Source: Bacteroidales bacterium
GTDB lineage: Bacteria > Bacteroidota > Bacteroidia > Bacteroidales > UBA10428
Reading direction: 5' to 3'
NCBI GenBank assembly: GCA_016938235.1
Contig: JAFGVA010000159.1
Span: forward strand, 1,296 to 65,295
DNA: 64,000 nucleotides
The stretch's first letter is position 1, and each line of letters starts with the position of its first letter. Shown here piece by piece: positions 1-12,100 of the stretch. The notes beneath the pieces are model-generated. The model did not search any database. It was not told the origin of the DNA and was given only the letters and a program-made list of their open reading frames with translations. The position numbers and the translations under genes were made by a program.

Positions 1-2625
1 TTTATTTTTGCAGTATTGGTTTTATGTGCTGTATTATTTCATTCTCAACGACTGCATTATCCCGATAATATTGATGCTTACTTAATAAGTTTATCGCCCT
101 GGATTAATTTAATTTTCAATTTCTTTCTTATAGCTATTATTATTGTGTTTATTGTTCATGGTGTGATTCAGGCACAGGAACAAACAAATATTCAATTAAC
201 ACAAAACGAAGCCCGGTATAAGATGTTATTTAATGGGAGTACAGATGCAATTTTTGTTCATCGAATTAATTCAGAAGGGAAGTTTGAAAAATATCTTGAA
301 GTTAATGATGAAGCTTGTAAACGACTTGGCTACACCAGAGAAGAGCTTCTTGATTTATCGCCTTACCAGACTGTATCGCCATTTTCAAAAACAAATACAA
401 AAGAGATTTTTGAAATAATACGTAAGAAGCAAAACATAGTTTATGAACAACTGCAGCGCACCAAAGATGGCAAGGATATTCCGGTGGAAATGAGTTCCCG
501 TTTATTTGTTTTTGAAAATGAATCAATAATATTATCGGTTGCAAGAGACATCTCTGAGCGCAAAAAGAAAGAGTTGCTTAGTGGCGCCAGGTACAATATT
601 CTTGAATATTCAACCAAATGTAATCTTAATGAACTGCTTACTAAAACACTTGACGAAATTGAAAGGATAACCGATAGTAATATTGGGTTTTATCATTTTT
701 TAGAACCAGATCAAAACACACTCGTTTTACAGGCATGGTCTACAAATACCATGAAAAATATGTGCAAAGCGGAAACCAAAAACATGCACTATAATATAGA
801 TTCTGCCGGAGTCTGGGTAGATTGTGTCAAAGAAAAAAAACCGGTAATACATAACGATTATAGCAGCTTGCCAAACAGAAAAGGAATGCCTGAAGGACAT
901 GCTCCGGTAATAAGAGAACTCGTGGTTCCTGTTTTTCGTGACAATAAAATAGTGGCCATAATTGGCGTTGGGAACAAACCGGCCAACTACGATAATCGCG
1001 ATCTTGATCTTATAAATGAAATTGCCGATTTATCATGGGACATTGTTGAAAATAAAATAAAAGAAGAAGCCTTAATTGAAAGTGAAAACAGGTTTAGGTC
1101 AATTATTGAACAGGCAGCCGATGCCGTTTTTCTATGTACGGCACAGGCTAAAATTATTGACGTTAATAAACAGGCATGCAGGATATTAGGCTATTCCAGA
1201 GATGAGCTTTTGACAAAAACAATAATGGATCTGGATGATTCAGTTGAAACATATGAATCTTTAGATACCATGAAGGAAAGAATTAAGCCCGGGAAAGCTG
1301 TAAACATCGAAAGTAAATATGTTCATAAAAATGGAAGTCTGATTCCTTTTGAAGTTAATATTAGTTGTGTTGATATACGTGGAAAAACACATTATCTTGG
1401 TTTTGCCAGGGATATTTCGAAGCGAAAAACAGCGGAAAGAGATCTTAAATTGTATAAAAATAAGCTTGAGGTTATGGTGAAAGAGCGTACCCAGGAACTT
1501 TTAAAATCTGAAACCATGCGCTCACTGGCACTCGAAGCTGCAAATATCGGTTCCTGGAATTGCCAGGTTGTTATTCAGAAAGGTAACGTGGAGATTATTG
1601 AATCGAGTTTGGTTTATGATAAAAAAATGCTAGAGATTCTTGATGTCAGGCATAAGAAAGAACTTAGGATTAAGGATTGGATAAATTTGATTGTTGAAGA
1701 AAAAAGAGAAAACTCGGTGAAACAATTTATGAATAACTTAATGAAGAAAGGTAATTTTAGGCAAGAGCTAAAAATACTTGATTACGATAAAAGAGTGAGG
1801 TATATTTTACTGTATGGAAAGGTTTCACCTACTAGAGAAAAAAGTGTTGTCAGGGTTGATGGGCTTGTTATAAACGAAACAACAGAGAAGCTTATTAGCG
1901 CTAATTTAAAAGCCATGCTTATTAAGGAGAAGGAACTTAATAAACTCAAGAGCAATTTTGTTTCTATGGCATCGCACCAGTTCAGAACCCCTTTAACTAC
2001 CATCCGATCCAATAGCGACCTCATTAAAATGTACAGCTCAAAAACCGATTCAAAGATTGAGCCACTTTTAAAACAGTCTACCCTTAGGATTGACGAGGAA
2101 ATTTCAAAACTTAATGATCTGATTTCTGATGTAATGCTTTTGGGAAAAGCCGGAGCAGAAAAAATACCCTTCAAGCCTGAATTAACCGATTTTGTGGCCC
2201 TGACTCAGAAACTGGTAAAAGAAACAAAATTTATTAAACAAAACCACCGTGTTGTTGAAATAAGTGTCACTGGGCAGGCTGTGCGTGTTTTAATAGATAG
2301 AAATCTTATGCAGCAGATTCTAAGTAATCTTTTATCCAATGCCTTTAAATATTCCGATAATAATCCTGTTTTGCTTATAAACTTTAAAGAAAATGAAGTT
2401 ATAATTACAATTTCAGACCAGGGAATAGGCATTCCGGACCAGGTGCAGAAAAACGTATTCCAGGAGTTTTTTAGAGCAGAAAATGCTCAGAATATTCAGG
2501 GTTCAGGTTTAGGTCTTGTAATTGCAAAAGAATACATTGACTTGCATGGCGGTAAAATTGAGTTCAATAGTAAAGAAAATGTCGGAAGTGAATTCATATT
2601 TACAATTCCAATTAAAAACAAATAA
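1..2625 (+). CDS. Multi-sensor histidine kinase (TM helix, PAS, GAF, PAS, HisKA, HATPase_c); probably 5'-partial
   Basis: ORF track 16..2625 starts at TTG and the frame stays open back to nt 1, so the true start is probably upstream of the window. TM-like WINLIFNFFLIAIIIVFIV. PAS-like ARYKMLFNGSTDAIFVH and ENRFRSIIEQAADAVFL. GAF-like HFLEPDQNTLVLQAW...ELVVPVF. H-box SMASHQFRTPLTTI, N-box LLSNAFKYS, G-boxes DQGIGIP and GSGLGL. Confidence 0.85.
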   Translation, partial: FIFAVLVLCAVLFHSQRLHYPDNIDAYLISLSPWINLIFNFFLIAIIIVFIVHGVIQAQEQTNIQLTQNEARYKMLFNGSTDAIFVHRINSEGKFEKYLEVNDEACKRLGYTREELLDLSPYQTVSPFSKTNTKEIFEIIRKKQNIVYEQLQRTKDGKDIPVEMSSRLFVFENESIILSVARDISERKKKELLSGARYNILEYSTKCNLNELLTKTLDEIERITDSNIGFYHFLEPDQNTLVLQAWSTNTMKNMCKAETKNMHYNIDSAGVWVDCVKEKKPVIHNDYSSLPNRKGMPEGHAPVIRELVVPVFRDNKIVAIIGVGNKPANYDNRDLDLINEIADLSWDIVENKIKEEALIESENRFRSIIEQAADAVFLCTAQAKIIDVNKQACRILGYSRDELLTKTIMDLDDSVETYESLDTMKERIKPGKAVNIESKYVHKNGSLIPFEVNISCVDIRGKTHYLGFARDISKRKTAERDLKLYKNKLEVMVKERTQELLKSETMRSLALEAANIGSWNCQVVIQKGNVEIIESSLVYDKKMLEILDVRHKKELRIKDWINLIVEEKRENSVKQFMNNLMKKGNFRQELKILDYDKRVRYILLYGKVSPTREKSVVRVDGLVINETTEKLISANLKAMLIKEKELNKLKSNFVSMASHQFRTPLTTIRSNSDLIKMYSSKTDSKIEPLLKQSTLRIDEEISKLNDLISDVMLLGKAGAEKIPFKPELTDFVALTQKLVKETKFIKQNHRVVEISVTGQAVRVLIDRNLMQQILSNLLSNAFKYSDNNPVLLINFKENEVIITISDQGIGIPDQVQKNVFQEFFRAENAQNIQGSGLGLVIAKEYIDLHGGKIEFNSKENVGSEFIFTIPIKNK

Positions 2626-2666
2626 GCGTTTTCAGAAATAAAGTTTAATTTTCCAACTAAAGCACT

Positions 2667-3758
2667 ATGAAGAAGATACTAATCATTGAAGATGAAGAGA
2701 ATATCAGAGATTCCATTTCGGATATTTTAACATTCCATGATTTTCAAACTTATAAAGCTAAAGACGGAAAAGAAGGAATCTATTTGGCTCTTGAGCAAAA
2801 ACCTGATTTAATATTGTGCGACATTATGATGCCCCAAATGGATGGCTACAAAGTTCTGGAAGTGTTAAAAAGCAACTCGGATTTTGTTTATATTCCTTTC
2901 ATTTTTCTTACTGCAAAAACTGCCCGTGAAGATTTTAGAGAAGGAATGAGCCTTGGAGCAGATGATTATATTTTTAAACCTTTTACTGCTGACGAGCTTG
3001 TTAATTCAATAAATACCAGACTTGCTAAGGTAAGCACAATTAAGGATGAAGCTCAAAAACAACTTCAAAAAGTTATCAAAGAACTAAACGAGTCATCGTC
3101 GCATGATTTTAATACCCCTTTAAACGGTATTATAGGTTTATCCGAACTCTTGTTGCATCAGGTTGACCATTATTCTAAAGAAAAAATTTCAAATTTTATT
3201 CAGGGGATAAATGAAGCGGGTAAAAAACTTAAAATTGTACTTGAAAATATTTTGTTATATAAGCAACTTGTTGCTGTTAAGCACAATGAAATTTCCGATT
3301 CTTTATTTTTTGAAGGAGAATATGCTTTGTTTGAAGATATTGTTGCACGCGATTTATATGATATTGCCGATGATTTTGGCAGAACCGATGATTTGCTTAT
3401 CGCTTTACAGGAAGCTACTTTGAATATTTCTAAAAGGTCTTTCAATAAAATAATTGAAGAAGTTTTAAGTAATGCCTTCAAATTTTCGACAAATGAAAAG
3501 CCGGTTTCGGTTATCGGAAAAATCAAAAAAGAGAAATACACTGTTGAGATAATTGACTTTGGTGTTGGTTTTAACAGCCTCGATGTTGACAAAATAGCCC
3601 CATTTACAAAGTTCAATACGGGTGAATTAGCGCAGGACGGAAATGGACTGGGGCTTTTTATTGCAAAAACACTAATTGAACTCAGGAAAGGTACACTTAA
3701 TATTGTAAGTGAGATAAACGGACAAACTACTGTTAAACTTGAGTTTATGCTGGCATAA
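2667..3758 (+). CDS. Hybrid response regulator / histidine kinase (REC, HisKA, HATPase_c)
   Basis: Receiver motifs ILIIEDEENIRD, LILCDIMMPQMDGY, FLTAK. These are followed by H-box SSHDFNTPLNGIIG, N-box VLSNAFKFS and G-boxes DFGVGF, GNGLGL. Starts 41 nt after the upstream kinase on the same strand. Confidence 0.85.
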   Translation: MKKILIIEDEENIRDSISDILTFHDFQTYKAKDGKEGIYLALEQKPDLILCDIMMPQMDGYKVLEVLKSNSDFVYIPFIFLTAKTAREDFREGMSLGADDYIFKPFTADELVNSINTRLAKVSTIKDEAQKQLQKVIKELNESSSHDFNTPLNGIIGLSELLLHQVDHYSKEKISNFIQGINEAGKKLKIVLENILLYKQLVAVKHNEISDSLFFEGEYALFEDIVARDLYDIADDFGRTDDLLIALQEATLNISKRSFNKIIEEVLSNAFKFSTNEKPVSVIGKIKKEKYTVEIIDFGVGFNSLDVDKIAPFTKFNTGELAQDGNGLGLFIAKTLIELRKGTLNIVSEINGQTTVKLEFMLA

Positions 3759-3857
3759 TCTATTGTTTAAACATTCATATTGCAGTTTTATCAAATGAGA
3801 ATTTGATATTTTTTAATTTCTGAATACTTTCGTCCGGAATACCTACATAAATTAACT

Positions 3858-4853
3858 ATGATAATTGAAACAAGAGCCTTTGCAAGGGCAGGTTTATTGG
3901 GCAACCCTTCCGATGGATATTTTGGGAAAACCATTTCAGTTTCGGTCAGAAATTTTGGTGCACGAATCCTGATTTATGAATCACCCGAACTTGTAATTGA
4001 GGAGCAGGAAGTTGATAAAAATGAATACAGAAATATGTACCAACTGGTCGATTCTGTGAAACAAACCGGTTATTATGGAGGTTCCCGTCTTGTAAAAGCT
4101 GCAATAGTAAAGTTCTGGCAATACTGTGAAGAAAATGGGATAAAATTTGAAAACAAAAATTTCACCATACGGTATCAGACTTCTATACCCAGGCAGGTTG
4201 GCCTCGCAGGTTCAAGCGCTATAGTAACAGCAGCTTTTAAAGCCTTATTAAAATTCTATCAGATTGACATACCTAAACATATACTTGCAACATTAATTTT
4301 AAAAGCTGAGACAGAAGAACTAAATATCAATGCCGGCTTACAAGACAGAGTGATACAGGTATATGAGGGTTGTGTGTTTATGGACTTTGAAAAGAAGCAT
4401 CTCATCAAAAACGGTTTTGGTAAATATGAATCATTAAAAGCAGAAAATTTGCCTAATTTGTACCTTGCCTACAAAACCGAATTAAGTAAGGTTTCCGGTA
4501 CCGTTTTAAATAATATTAAAGAGGGCTTCAACAGTGGCGATAAACTGGTTATTGAAACCCTGGCAGAAATAGCTGATTGTGCCGAAGAAGGTAAAAAAGC
4601 AATTCAGGAGAAAAATTTTGGCAGATTAAATGATCTGATTAACCTGAATTTCGATTTAAGGAAAAAAATAATGAACATATCTGATAGCAACATAGAACTT
4701 GTAGAAACGGCCAGGAAGTGCGGCGCTTCAGCAAAGTTTTCAGGCTCAGGAGGTGCTATTATAGGTACATTCGAAGACGATGAAATGCTGAGGAAGCTTA
4801 TTGTTGAACTCAGAAATATTAATGCAAGAGTAATAAAACCTTATATCATATAA
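3858..4853 (+). CDS. GHMP-family sugar kinase, glucuronokinase-like
   Basis: GHMP phosphate-binding motif PRQVGLAGSSAIVTA. The N-terminus RAFARAGLLGNPSDGYFGKTIS resembles the plant glucuronokinase N-terminus (recalled from memory, not searched). Its stop is 2 nt before the galU start. Confidence 0.7.
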   Translation: MIIETRAFARAGLLGNPSDGYFGKTISVSVRNFGARILIYESPELVIEEQEVDKNEYRNMYQLVDSVKQTGYYGGSRLVKAAIVKFWQYCEENGIKFENKNFTIRYQTSIPRQVGLAGSSAIVTAAFKALLKFYQIDIPKHILATLILKAETEELNINAGLQDRVIQVYEGCVFMDFEKKHLIKNGFGKYESLKAENLPNLYLAYKTELSKVSGTVLNNIKEGFNSGDKLVIETLAEIADCAEEGKKAIQEKNFGRLNDLINLNFDLRKKIMNISDSNIELVETARKCGASAKFSGSGGAIIGTFEDDEMLRKLIVELRNINARVIKPYII

Positions 4854-4855
4854 AA

Positions 4856-5722
4856 ATGGTTAAAAAAGCAGTTATTCCGGCAGCAGGATTTGGAACCAGA
4901 TTTCTGCCTGCTACAAAAGCCCAACCGAAAGAAATGTTGCCTATTATTGACACCCCTGTAATTCAATACGTAGTTCAGGAGGCTGTTGATTCAGGAATTG
5001 AAGACATATTGATAATTTCAGGAAAGGGAAAACGTTCAATCGAAGACCATTTCGACAGGAATTTTGAACTTGAGTCGCGCATTGTTGAGAAAGAAGAGGA
5101 AGCGCTCTACAACCAGCTCCGGCATATAGAAAATATGGCGAATATTCATTATGTCCGCCAAAAAGAACTTAATGGTTTAGGCGATGCAATTTATCATGCC
5201 CGGTTTCATTGTGGAAATGAGCCCTTTGCTGTTCTTTTGGGAGATACAATTTTGAACTCTGTTATTCCGGTTACACAGCAGATAATTGATGCCTATGAAC
5301 AATACGGTCACACTGTTATTGCTGTTGAAGAAGTGCCTTACGATATTGTTAACAGGTACGGAATTGTAGGTGGTGATAGTATGAGTGAAAGAGTTCTTCG
5401 GTTAACCGAAATGGTTGAAAAACCCGAAGTTGGAAAAGCGCCATCGAACCTGGCCATTGCAGGCCGGTATATTCTTACACCCGAAATATTTTCTGCGCTT
5501 GAACAAACACAAAGAGGAAAAGGGAATGAAATTCAGCTTACCGATGCATTACGGATTGTTCTGAAGCAGGAAGATATCATGGCCACAATTATTGAGGGCA
5601 AGCGTTACGATATCGGTAATAAGATCGATTTCCTGAAAACCACGGTTGAATTTGCCTTAAAAAGAAAAGAATTTGCTAAACCCTTTGCCGAGTTTTTAAA
5701 GGAAATAGTTAAAGATCTTTAA
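4856..5722 (+). CDS. galU: UTP--glucose-1-phosphate uridylyltransferase
   Basis: N-terminal KAVIPAAGFGTRFLPATKAQPKEMLPI and the later YVRQKELNGLGDAI and VEKP motifs are classic GalU. Length 288 aa. Confidence 0.9.
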   Translation: MVKKAVIPAAGFGTRFLPATKAQPKEMLPIIDTPVIQYVVQEAVDSGIEDILIISGKGKRSIEDHFDRNFELESRIVEKEEEALYNQLRHIENMANIHYVRQKELNGLGDAIYHARFHCGNEPFAVLLGDTILNSVIPVTQQIIDAYEQYGHTVIAVEEVPYDIVNRYGIVGGDSMSERVLRLTEMVEKPEVGKAPSNLAIAGRYILTPEIFSALEQTQRGKGNEIQLTDALRIVLKQEDIMATIIEGKRYDIGNKIDFLKTTVEFALKRKEFAKPFAEFLKEIVKDL

Positions 5723-5735
5723 AAAGTTGATGCCT

Positions 5736-5766
5736 GGAGCGCGTTTTTAAACGCGTTCCTTTTTTC
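5736..5766 (+). terminator. Rho-independent terminator after galU
   Basis: GGAGCGCGTTT / AAACGCGTTCC inverted repeat followed by CTTTTTTC. Confidence 0.7.
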
Positions 5767-6106
5767 AATTAGTTACAATTACATAACTATAGAAACTCCT
5801 GATACCAAAATTTTTATACTGGACCGCTGAAACGCGTTCCCTTTCTATAATTTACTAAATAAATATAAAATCAATCCTAAGTTACTTATCCTGAGTTGAT
5901 ATAGATCAATCAATAAAAATTGTTATTTGAACTAAAAACAGATTTTATTGATAAAGTTTTATTTGTTTTTTATATAACAAAATTTAACTTGCATCATTAT
6001 AAAAGGAGTTTGTATAATTATTAAGCATGTGCCATTATTAAGTTATGGGTAAGTTATTGCCAGCAACTTCTTGAATAAATTAAAATCTAATCAAACCTAA
6101 TTTACT

Positions 6107-9100
6107 ATGAAAAAATCATTTCTGATTCTTTTCCTGGCTCTCGCACTTTCTGCGATTTCCAGCCTTTCAACAAAAGCTGTTGTTGTTTTTGATGCATCAA
6201 CTTATGCTGGTTCTTTACCTGCTAATATGTCAATAGTTAATATTGAAGGAAGAGATTACCTGCAGGTAATTCTTAATGGATCTTCGCAAACCTTAATGCT
6301 TGATTCACCTGTTGATATTCCTGTTAGTATTGACCACTACCTGGGTTATTATTTTAGATATGGTTGCCATCCAGATTCTACAAATAGCGATTATCGAACC
6401 TATATTTATCTGAATGGTTCCTCGGATACTTACTTTATGGATCTATACTGTTATGAGACCTTTACTACCTTTTCTTATATCAACCAGACCGAATCTGCAT
6501 TTACAGTTTCATCTATTTCTTTTCAAGGAATTTATTCACCTACCGGAGAATATGTTTCAGGCGATACCATTTTGTTTAATCAAATTAGGACTTACGAGAA
6601 ATATCATGAGGAACCTTTGAGAATCATGAGCCCTATTTCTGAAAAAACTTCTTCAATTACAATAGATGGAGTTGGTAGTGAGACTGATTACTCTTCGTCA
6701 GAATTATTATTAGAATATTTCAGAAGCAGTGGATGGGATGCTAGCGCAGCTGATTTTTCGGGAAGCTTTAAACTAACTTACGACTGGGATAATCTATACC
6801 TGTTTGCTGACATTTCTGATGACATTGCTGTTAATTATGATGGATCTGGTGATGTATGGTCTTACGACAATGTTGAGATCTATTTAGATATGGACACTAC
6901 AATTACAAATCAGGGTAAATATATCGGAGACGAACGTCAACTAAGATACAATAGAGGCTATGATTATTATACTGATCCAGCACCCAGAAATGGTGTAAGT
7001 CTTGAGAATTTTGTGCAGGCAGACGGTAGCGGCAGCTGGCAATTAGAGGTTGCAATACCCTGGCTGGCATTTCTCCCTGAAGGTACCTTGCATGAAGATA
7101 TTTTTGATTCAATAGATATTAATGCCATTGGGTTTGATATTCATTTTGCTGATAATGATTCAGATTATCGGGATGCCCAACTTGCATGGGATGCTGATGT
7201 TGAGGGTTCAGGTGCTACTGAAGATAATGCCTGGAAAGACACCAGGGTCTTTGGTGTGCTGATGTTAGCTAACGAACCTACGTACGATGCTCTTCCAGTG
7301 GCCAATGCTGGTAATGATGATGTTGTAGATGAAAATACTTTGGTAACTTTGGATGGAACCAGCTCTAGCGATGCAGAAGCTGGAACTTTGAGTTATCTAT
7401 GGTTTCCGCCGGAAGGTATTACCTTATCGGATGCAACAATTGCACAACCTACTTTCGATGCTCCCGAAGTTACGGAGACAACCGATTTCTCTTTTGGTCT
7501 GATTATTAATGACGGAGTACATGATTCACCTATCGATTATGTAATTGTTACCGTAAACGATATCAGTCCCGTTGCAGATGCTGGTCCTGACCAGGTTGCT
7601 GATGATGGAGTTATAGTAACTCTTGATGGCAGTGGCTCTTACGACCCTAAAGGTGCTTCAATTAATTATAATTGGACTTCACCAGCTGGCATCACATTGT
7701 CAGATCCTACAATTGCCAAGCCCACATTTATCATGCCGAATCCGGCTGCCAGTAATGAGTATGTGTTTGGATTACAGGTTGATAACGGCTCAATATTTTC
7801 TGAATACGATTATATAACAGTAAGGCCGACTTCTGCAACAGGTCTCATATTACCAATTGAAAAGGACACTAGCTATGCTTTTGTCGGCAATATGATAACA
7901 CTTGATGGATATGAATCTGAAGCTGAATGGAGCGATATAAATATCATTACAACTCCATTTCAATCTCCTATAGGTTTTAGAGGGGCAGATGACTTGAGTG
8001 CGTATTTTCGAACATGTTTCAATGATAGAGCATTTTATGTTTTTGCTAATATAAGTGATGACACAGCGGCTTATTATGATGGAGAAAATGGTGGTTGGTG
8101 GGATTTTGATGCTTTCGAAGTTATGTTTAATCTGGATACTGTCGGAATCTATCCTGATGGCTCGTATCTGGATGATGCCATATTAATTGGTTTTAATAGG
8201 GGCTATGCTAATGTTTCTACTATCATAGTAGGTTCAAAAGTAGATGGTTATGATGATCCTGAATTAAAATTTGCACAAATCGAAAATGGAACTGGTTGGC
8301 AAATAGAAATTGAGATTCCCTGGAATTATATTTTACCATCTGGTTTAGAACCTGAAGATATTGTAAATTATGTAAATACCTTTATAGGTTTTGATATTAA
8401 GATTGACGACGCTGATACCGATGATCCATATTACCCTGGCCGTGATGCCCAACTGACATGGGATACAGATGGACTTGATGGTACCGAAGACAATGCATGG
8501 AATGATACAAGAGTATTTGGGCTTATGAAATTAATTGCAACACAGACTGCTCCAAATGCTAATGCCGGCGAAGATTTTTCAGCCTACGAAAAAGAAACAG
8601 TTCAACTCGATGGTTCTAAATCATTCGATTACCAGGGTGACGAAATTACATTCTCTTGGAGTTCGCTGGAGGGTATTACGCTATTCAACTCAAATACACC
8701 TTATCCAAGCTTTACACTTCCTGATATCACCGCTTCACCCGAGCAATATATGTTTGAACTTACTGTTTATGATGGTCTAGAGTACTCATTACCCGATACA
8801 ATAACAGTTACATCATTACTGGAATTGCCTGCAGCTAATGCCGGAGAAGATCAGATAAAAGATGATGGCGTATTAGTTACTTTAGACGGAAGTGGTTCCA
8901 GCGATCCTGATGGATTACCTTTAAATTACTATTGGATTGCACCAGATTGGATTTCCCTATCTGATAACACTGCAGAGCAACCCACTTTTACCATGCCCAA
9001 TCCTGCATTTGCTAGCGAATATATTTTCCAGTTACAGGTTGATAATGGAACTTCATACTCAGAAATTGATGAGGTTTCTATTATTCCTTCTGAAGCACTT

Positions 9101-12100
9101 ACAGGTTTGTATTTGCCCTATGCAACAACAACAGCTGAAGCTTTTGCCGGAGATAGTATTGTGCTTGATGGCGTGAACGATGAAAAATTCTGGGGAGCTG
9201 ATATTGATGTTGATAGTATGTTCTATTCTAATGGTACACATACGGGCGATGCAGATTTAAAAGCAACAATAAACGTCTGTTTCAATGAAAAAGCATTCTA
9301 TATTTTTGCCGGGATTTCCGATGATATTGCCATTAATTATGATCCTCTTACTTCTGTTTATCCATCCTCATACTTTGACAACATTGAAGTTTACTTTAAT
9401 ATTGATACTGCAGGTATTTACTATTCAGGGGCTTATGCCGAAGACGGTATATACTTCAGGTTTAACAGGGGGCTTGATGGTGATGATGGACAACCCAGTA
9501 CTACAAAAGCTGAAGGTTTTAATGATCCTGCACTAGATTATGTGCAAATTGATAACAATGGCTCCTGGGTTGTTGAAGCAGAAATACCATGGAAATATAT
9601 TTTACCATCTGGTTCAGATGCAACAGATTATATCAATTATATTAATGCTTATACGGGTTTTGATGTTATTATCACTGATTCAGATTATTTAATTTCCTCC
9701 GGATATGCTCGCCAGGATGCAAGAATAGCATGGGATGCTGATGGAATATCTGGTCAGGAATCAAATGCAACAACTAATGTCGGTGCACTTGGTATTATGC
9801 AATTAACATCTTCAATAACCAAACCAATAGCTAATGCCGGCAATGATTTCATTGCTTATGAATTTGAGGATGTAACACTTGATGGTACAGGCTCTTTTGA
9901 CTACCAGGGTGATGCGATTACTTATGAATGGACCTCTATTGATGGAATGACTCTTGATGACAATACTTTATCTACCCCTTCATTTACAATACCCGATTTG
10001 TCATCCAATCAGGATTATCGATTCTCTCTTATTGTATATGATGGAACGGAATATTCTGTATCTGATACAGTAATAGTCCATGCCCAGGTTTCTCCACCTT
10101 TAGCATATGCTGGTACGCAGCAAATAGCATCAGAAGGTGAACTGCTTACACTTGATGGTAGTGGTTCATCTGATCCGAACGGATTATCATTGACATACTC
10201 CTGGTCGGCACCAGATGGTATAATTCTCTCAGATGAAACTGCTGTAAATCCCACATTTACTGCTCCGGATACTGCTTTTGTTACTGAATATATTTTCAGC
10301 CTCGTAGTTTTTAACGGATATAGTTATTCCAGTCCGAGTTATGTGAGTATTTTAACTGAAGCTGGACTTACTAATCTCACTCTTGCTGTCTATAAAGATT
10401 CAGCATTTGGTTTTACCGGGAAACAAATAATTATAGATGGTATTGCCAATGAAGCAGGATGGGGTGAGCTTATTCCTATAACCGCCTTATATAATCAGCC
10501 CTATGACTTTTATGGAGATATGGATCTTAGCGGGGAATTTCGTGTAGCATTCAATGAGGAGTCATTTTTCTTTTACGGTGAAATTTTAGACGATGAGGCT
10601 CATGTATGGAATGCTGATGGGAATGATACTTACATGTATGATAACCTAGAACTTTATTTCAATATTGACACTAATGGTGTTTTTGAAACTTCAGAATACC
10701 TCGAGGATGGCGCTCAGATTAGGTTTAATAGAGGTGTGTCGCTTGAAATGATGCCTGATCCGGTCTGGGATGGTTCATCTCCATTTAAATCAGCTGGATA
10801 CAATAACCCGCTAATAAACTATATTGTTACAGAACAAAGTTCTGGCTGGTCTGTAGAGGCTGAACTTCCATGGAAATACATTTTACCTGCCGGTGCTTTA
10901 ACAGAAGATATTCTGGATTATATCAATAAATCAATTGGTTTTGATGTTACTATTGCTGATTCTGATGGTTCTGATCCGGATTTTGGAGAGCGTGATGCTC
11001 AAATAGCATGGGATTCGGATGGACTTGATGGATATGAAGACAATGCATGGCAGAATACCCGGACTTTTGGTGTAGTTTATCTCGATGCGAGTGACATGGA
11101 GCCTGTTGCAGATGCAGGTTCAGATATTGATGTAAATGAAAATGAACCCGTTACTTTGGATGGTTCTGGCTCGTATGATGTTAATAATAAGTCAATTACC
11201 TATTTGTGGAACTCTATTGATGGTGTTACACTGAGTAGTACTAATTCTGTCGCACCTTCATTTACTGCTCCAATAATTACTTCCGATGCAGTTTACCGCT
11301 TCGGGCTTACTGTAAATAACGGCACTGATGATTCATTTGCAGATACGGTTGAGGTTTTTGTGTCAAATACTCCTCCTGTAGCTGTTGCTGGCAATGATAA
11401 CGTTGTTGATGAGCTTGAATCCGGTACTCTTGATGGATCTTCTTCAAGTGATCTTGGCGATGATATTGTATCATACTTATGGTATTGTGCTACCGACCTG
11501 AGTTTTGGTACACCAACCGATGCAACTACTTCATTTACAGCCCCGGAAGTGATAGTTGACGAAATTTATGAAGTAATACTGACTGTTTCAAATTCTGATG
11601 GTCTGTTTGACAGAGATACACTCGAAATTACAGTACATGATGCTAATAAACCGCCTGTTGGAAATGCAGGAAGCGATTTTTCAGAAGATGAGGGTGTGTT
11701 TGTAACACTAGATGGTTCTGGTTCTTCAGATTCTGATGGTGATGCATTAACTTATAGCTGGACTTCAATAGATGGAGCTACTATAAGTGGTGCCAATAGT
11801 GTTGCTCCGACATTTACAGTATCTACAGTTACATCGGATACTGAATACCGTTTCAGTCTTATAGTAAATGATGGACTGACAAATTCCGAAGCCGATACGG
11901 TTATTGTTACCATTACAAATACAAAGCCTGTGGCTAATGCCGGAACAGATATCAACATTAATGAGCAGGAAACCGGTAATCTTAATGCCAGCGGTTCTAC
12001 AGATAATGGTAATGATATTGTTTCCTATTTGTGGACTTCTGAATTGCCAATTGATTTTGCTGATGATGACGCTGTTACAACCAGTTTTACAGCACCTGCA

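Noticed and set aside
5749-5847. Second copy of AAACGCGTTCC ~80 bp downstream of the galU terminator
   Set aside because: Only ~11-13 nt are shared (the 3' arm of the terminator) and there is no partner arm. Too short to distinguish from chance or a trivial local duplication.
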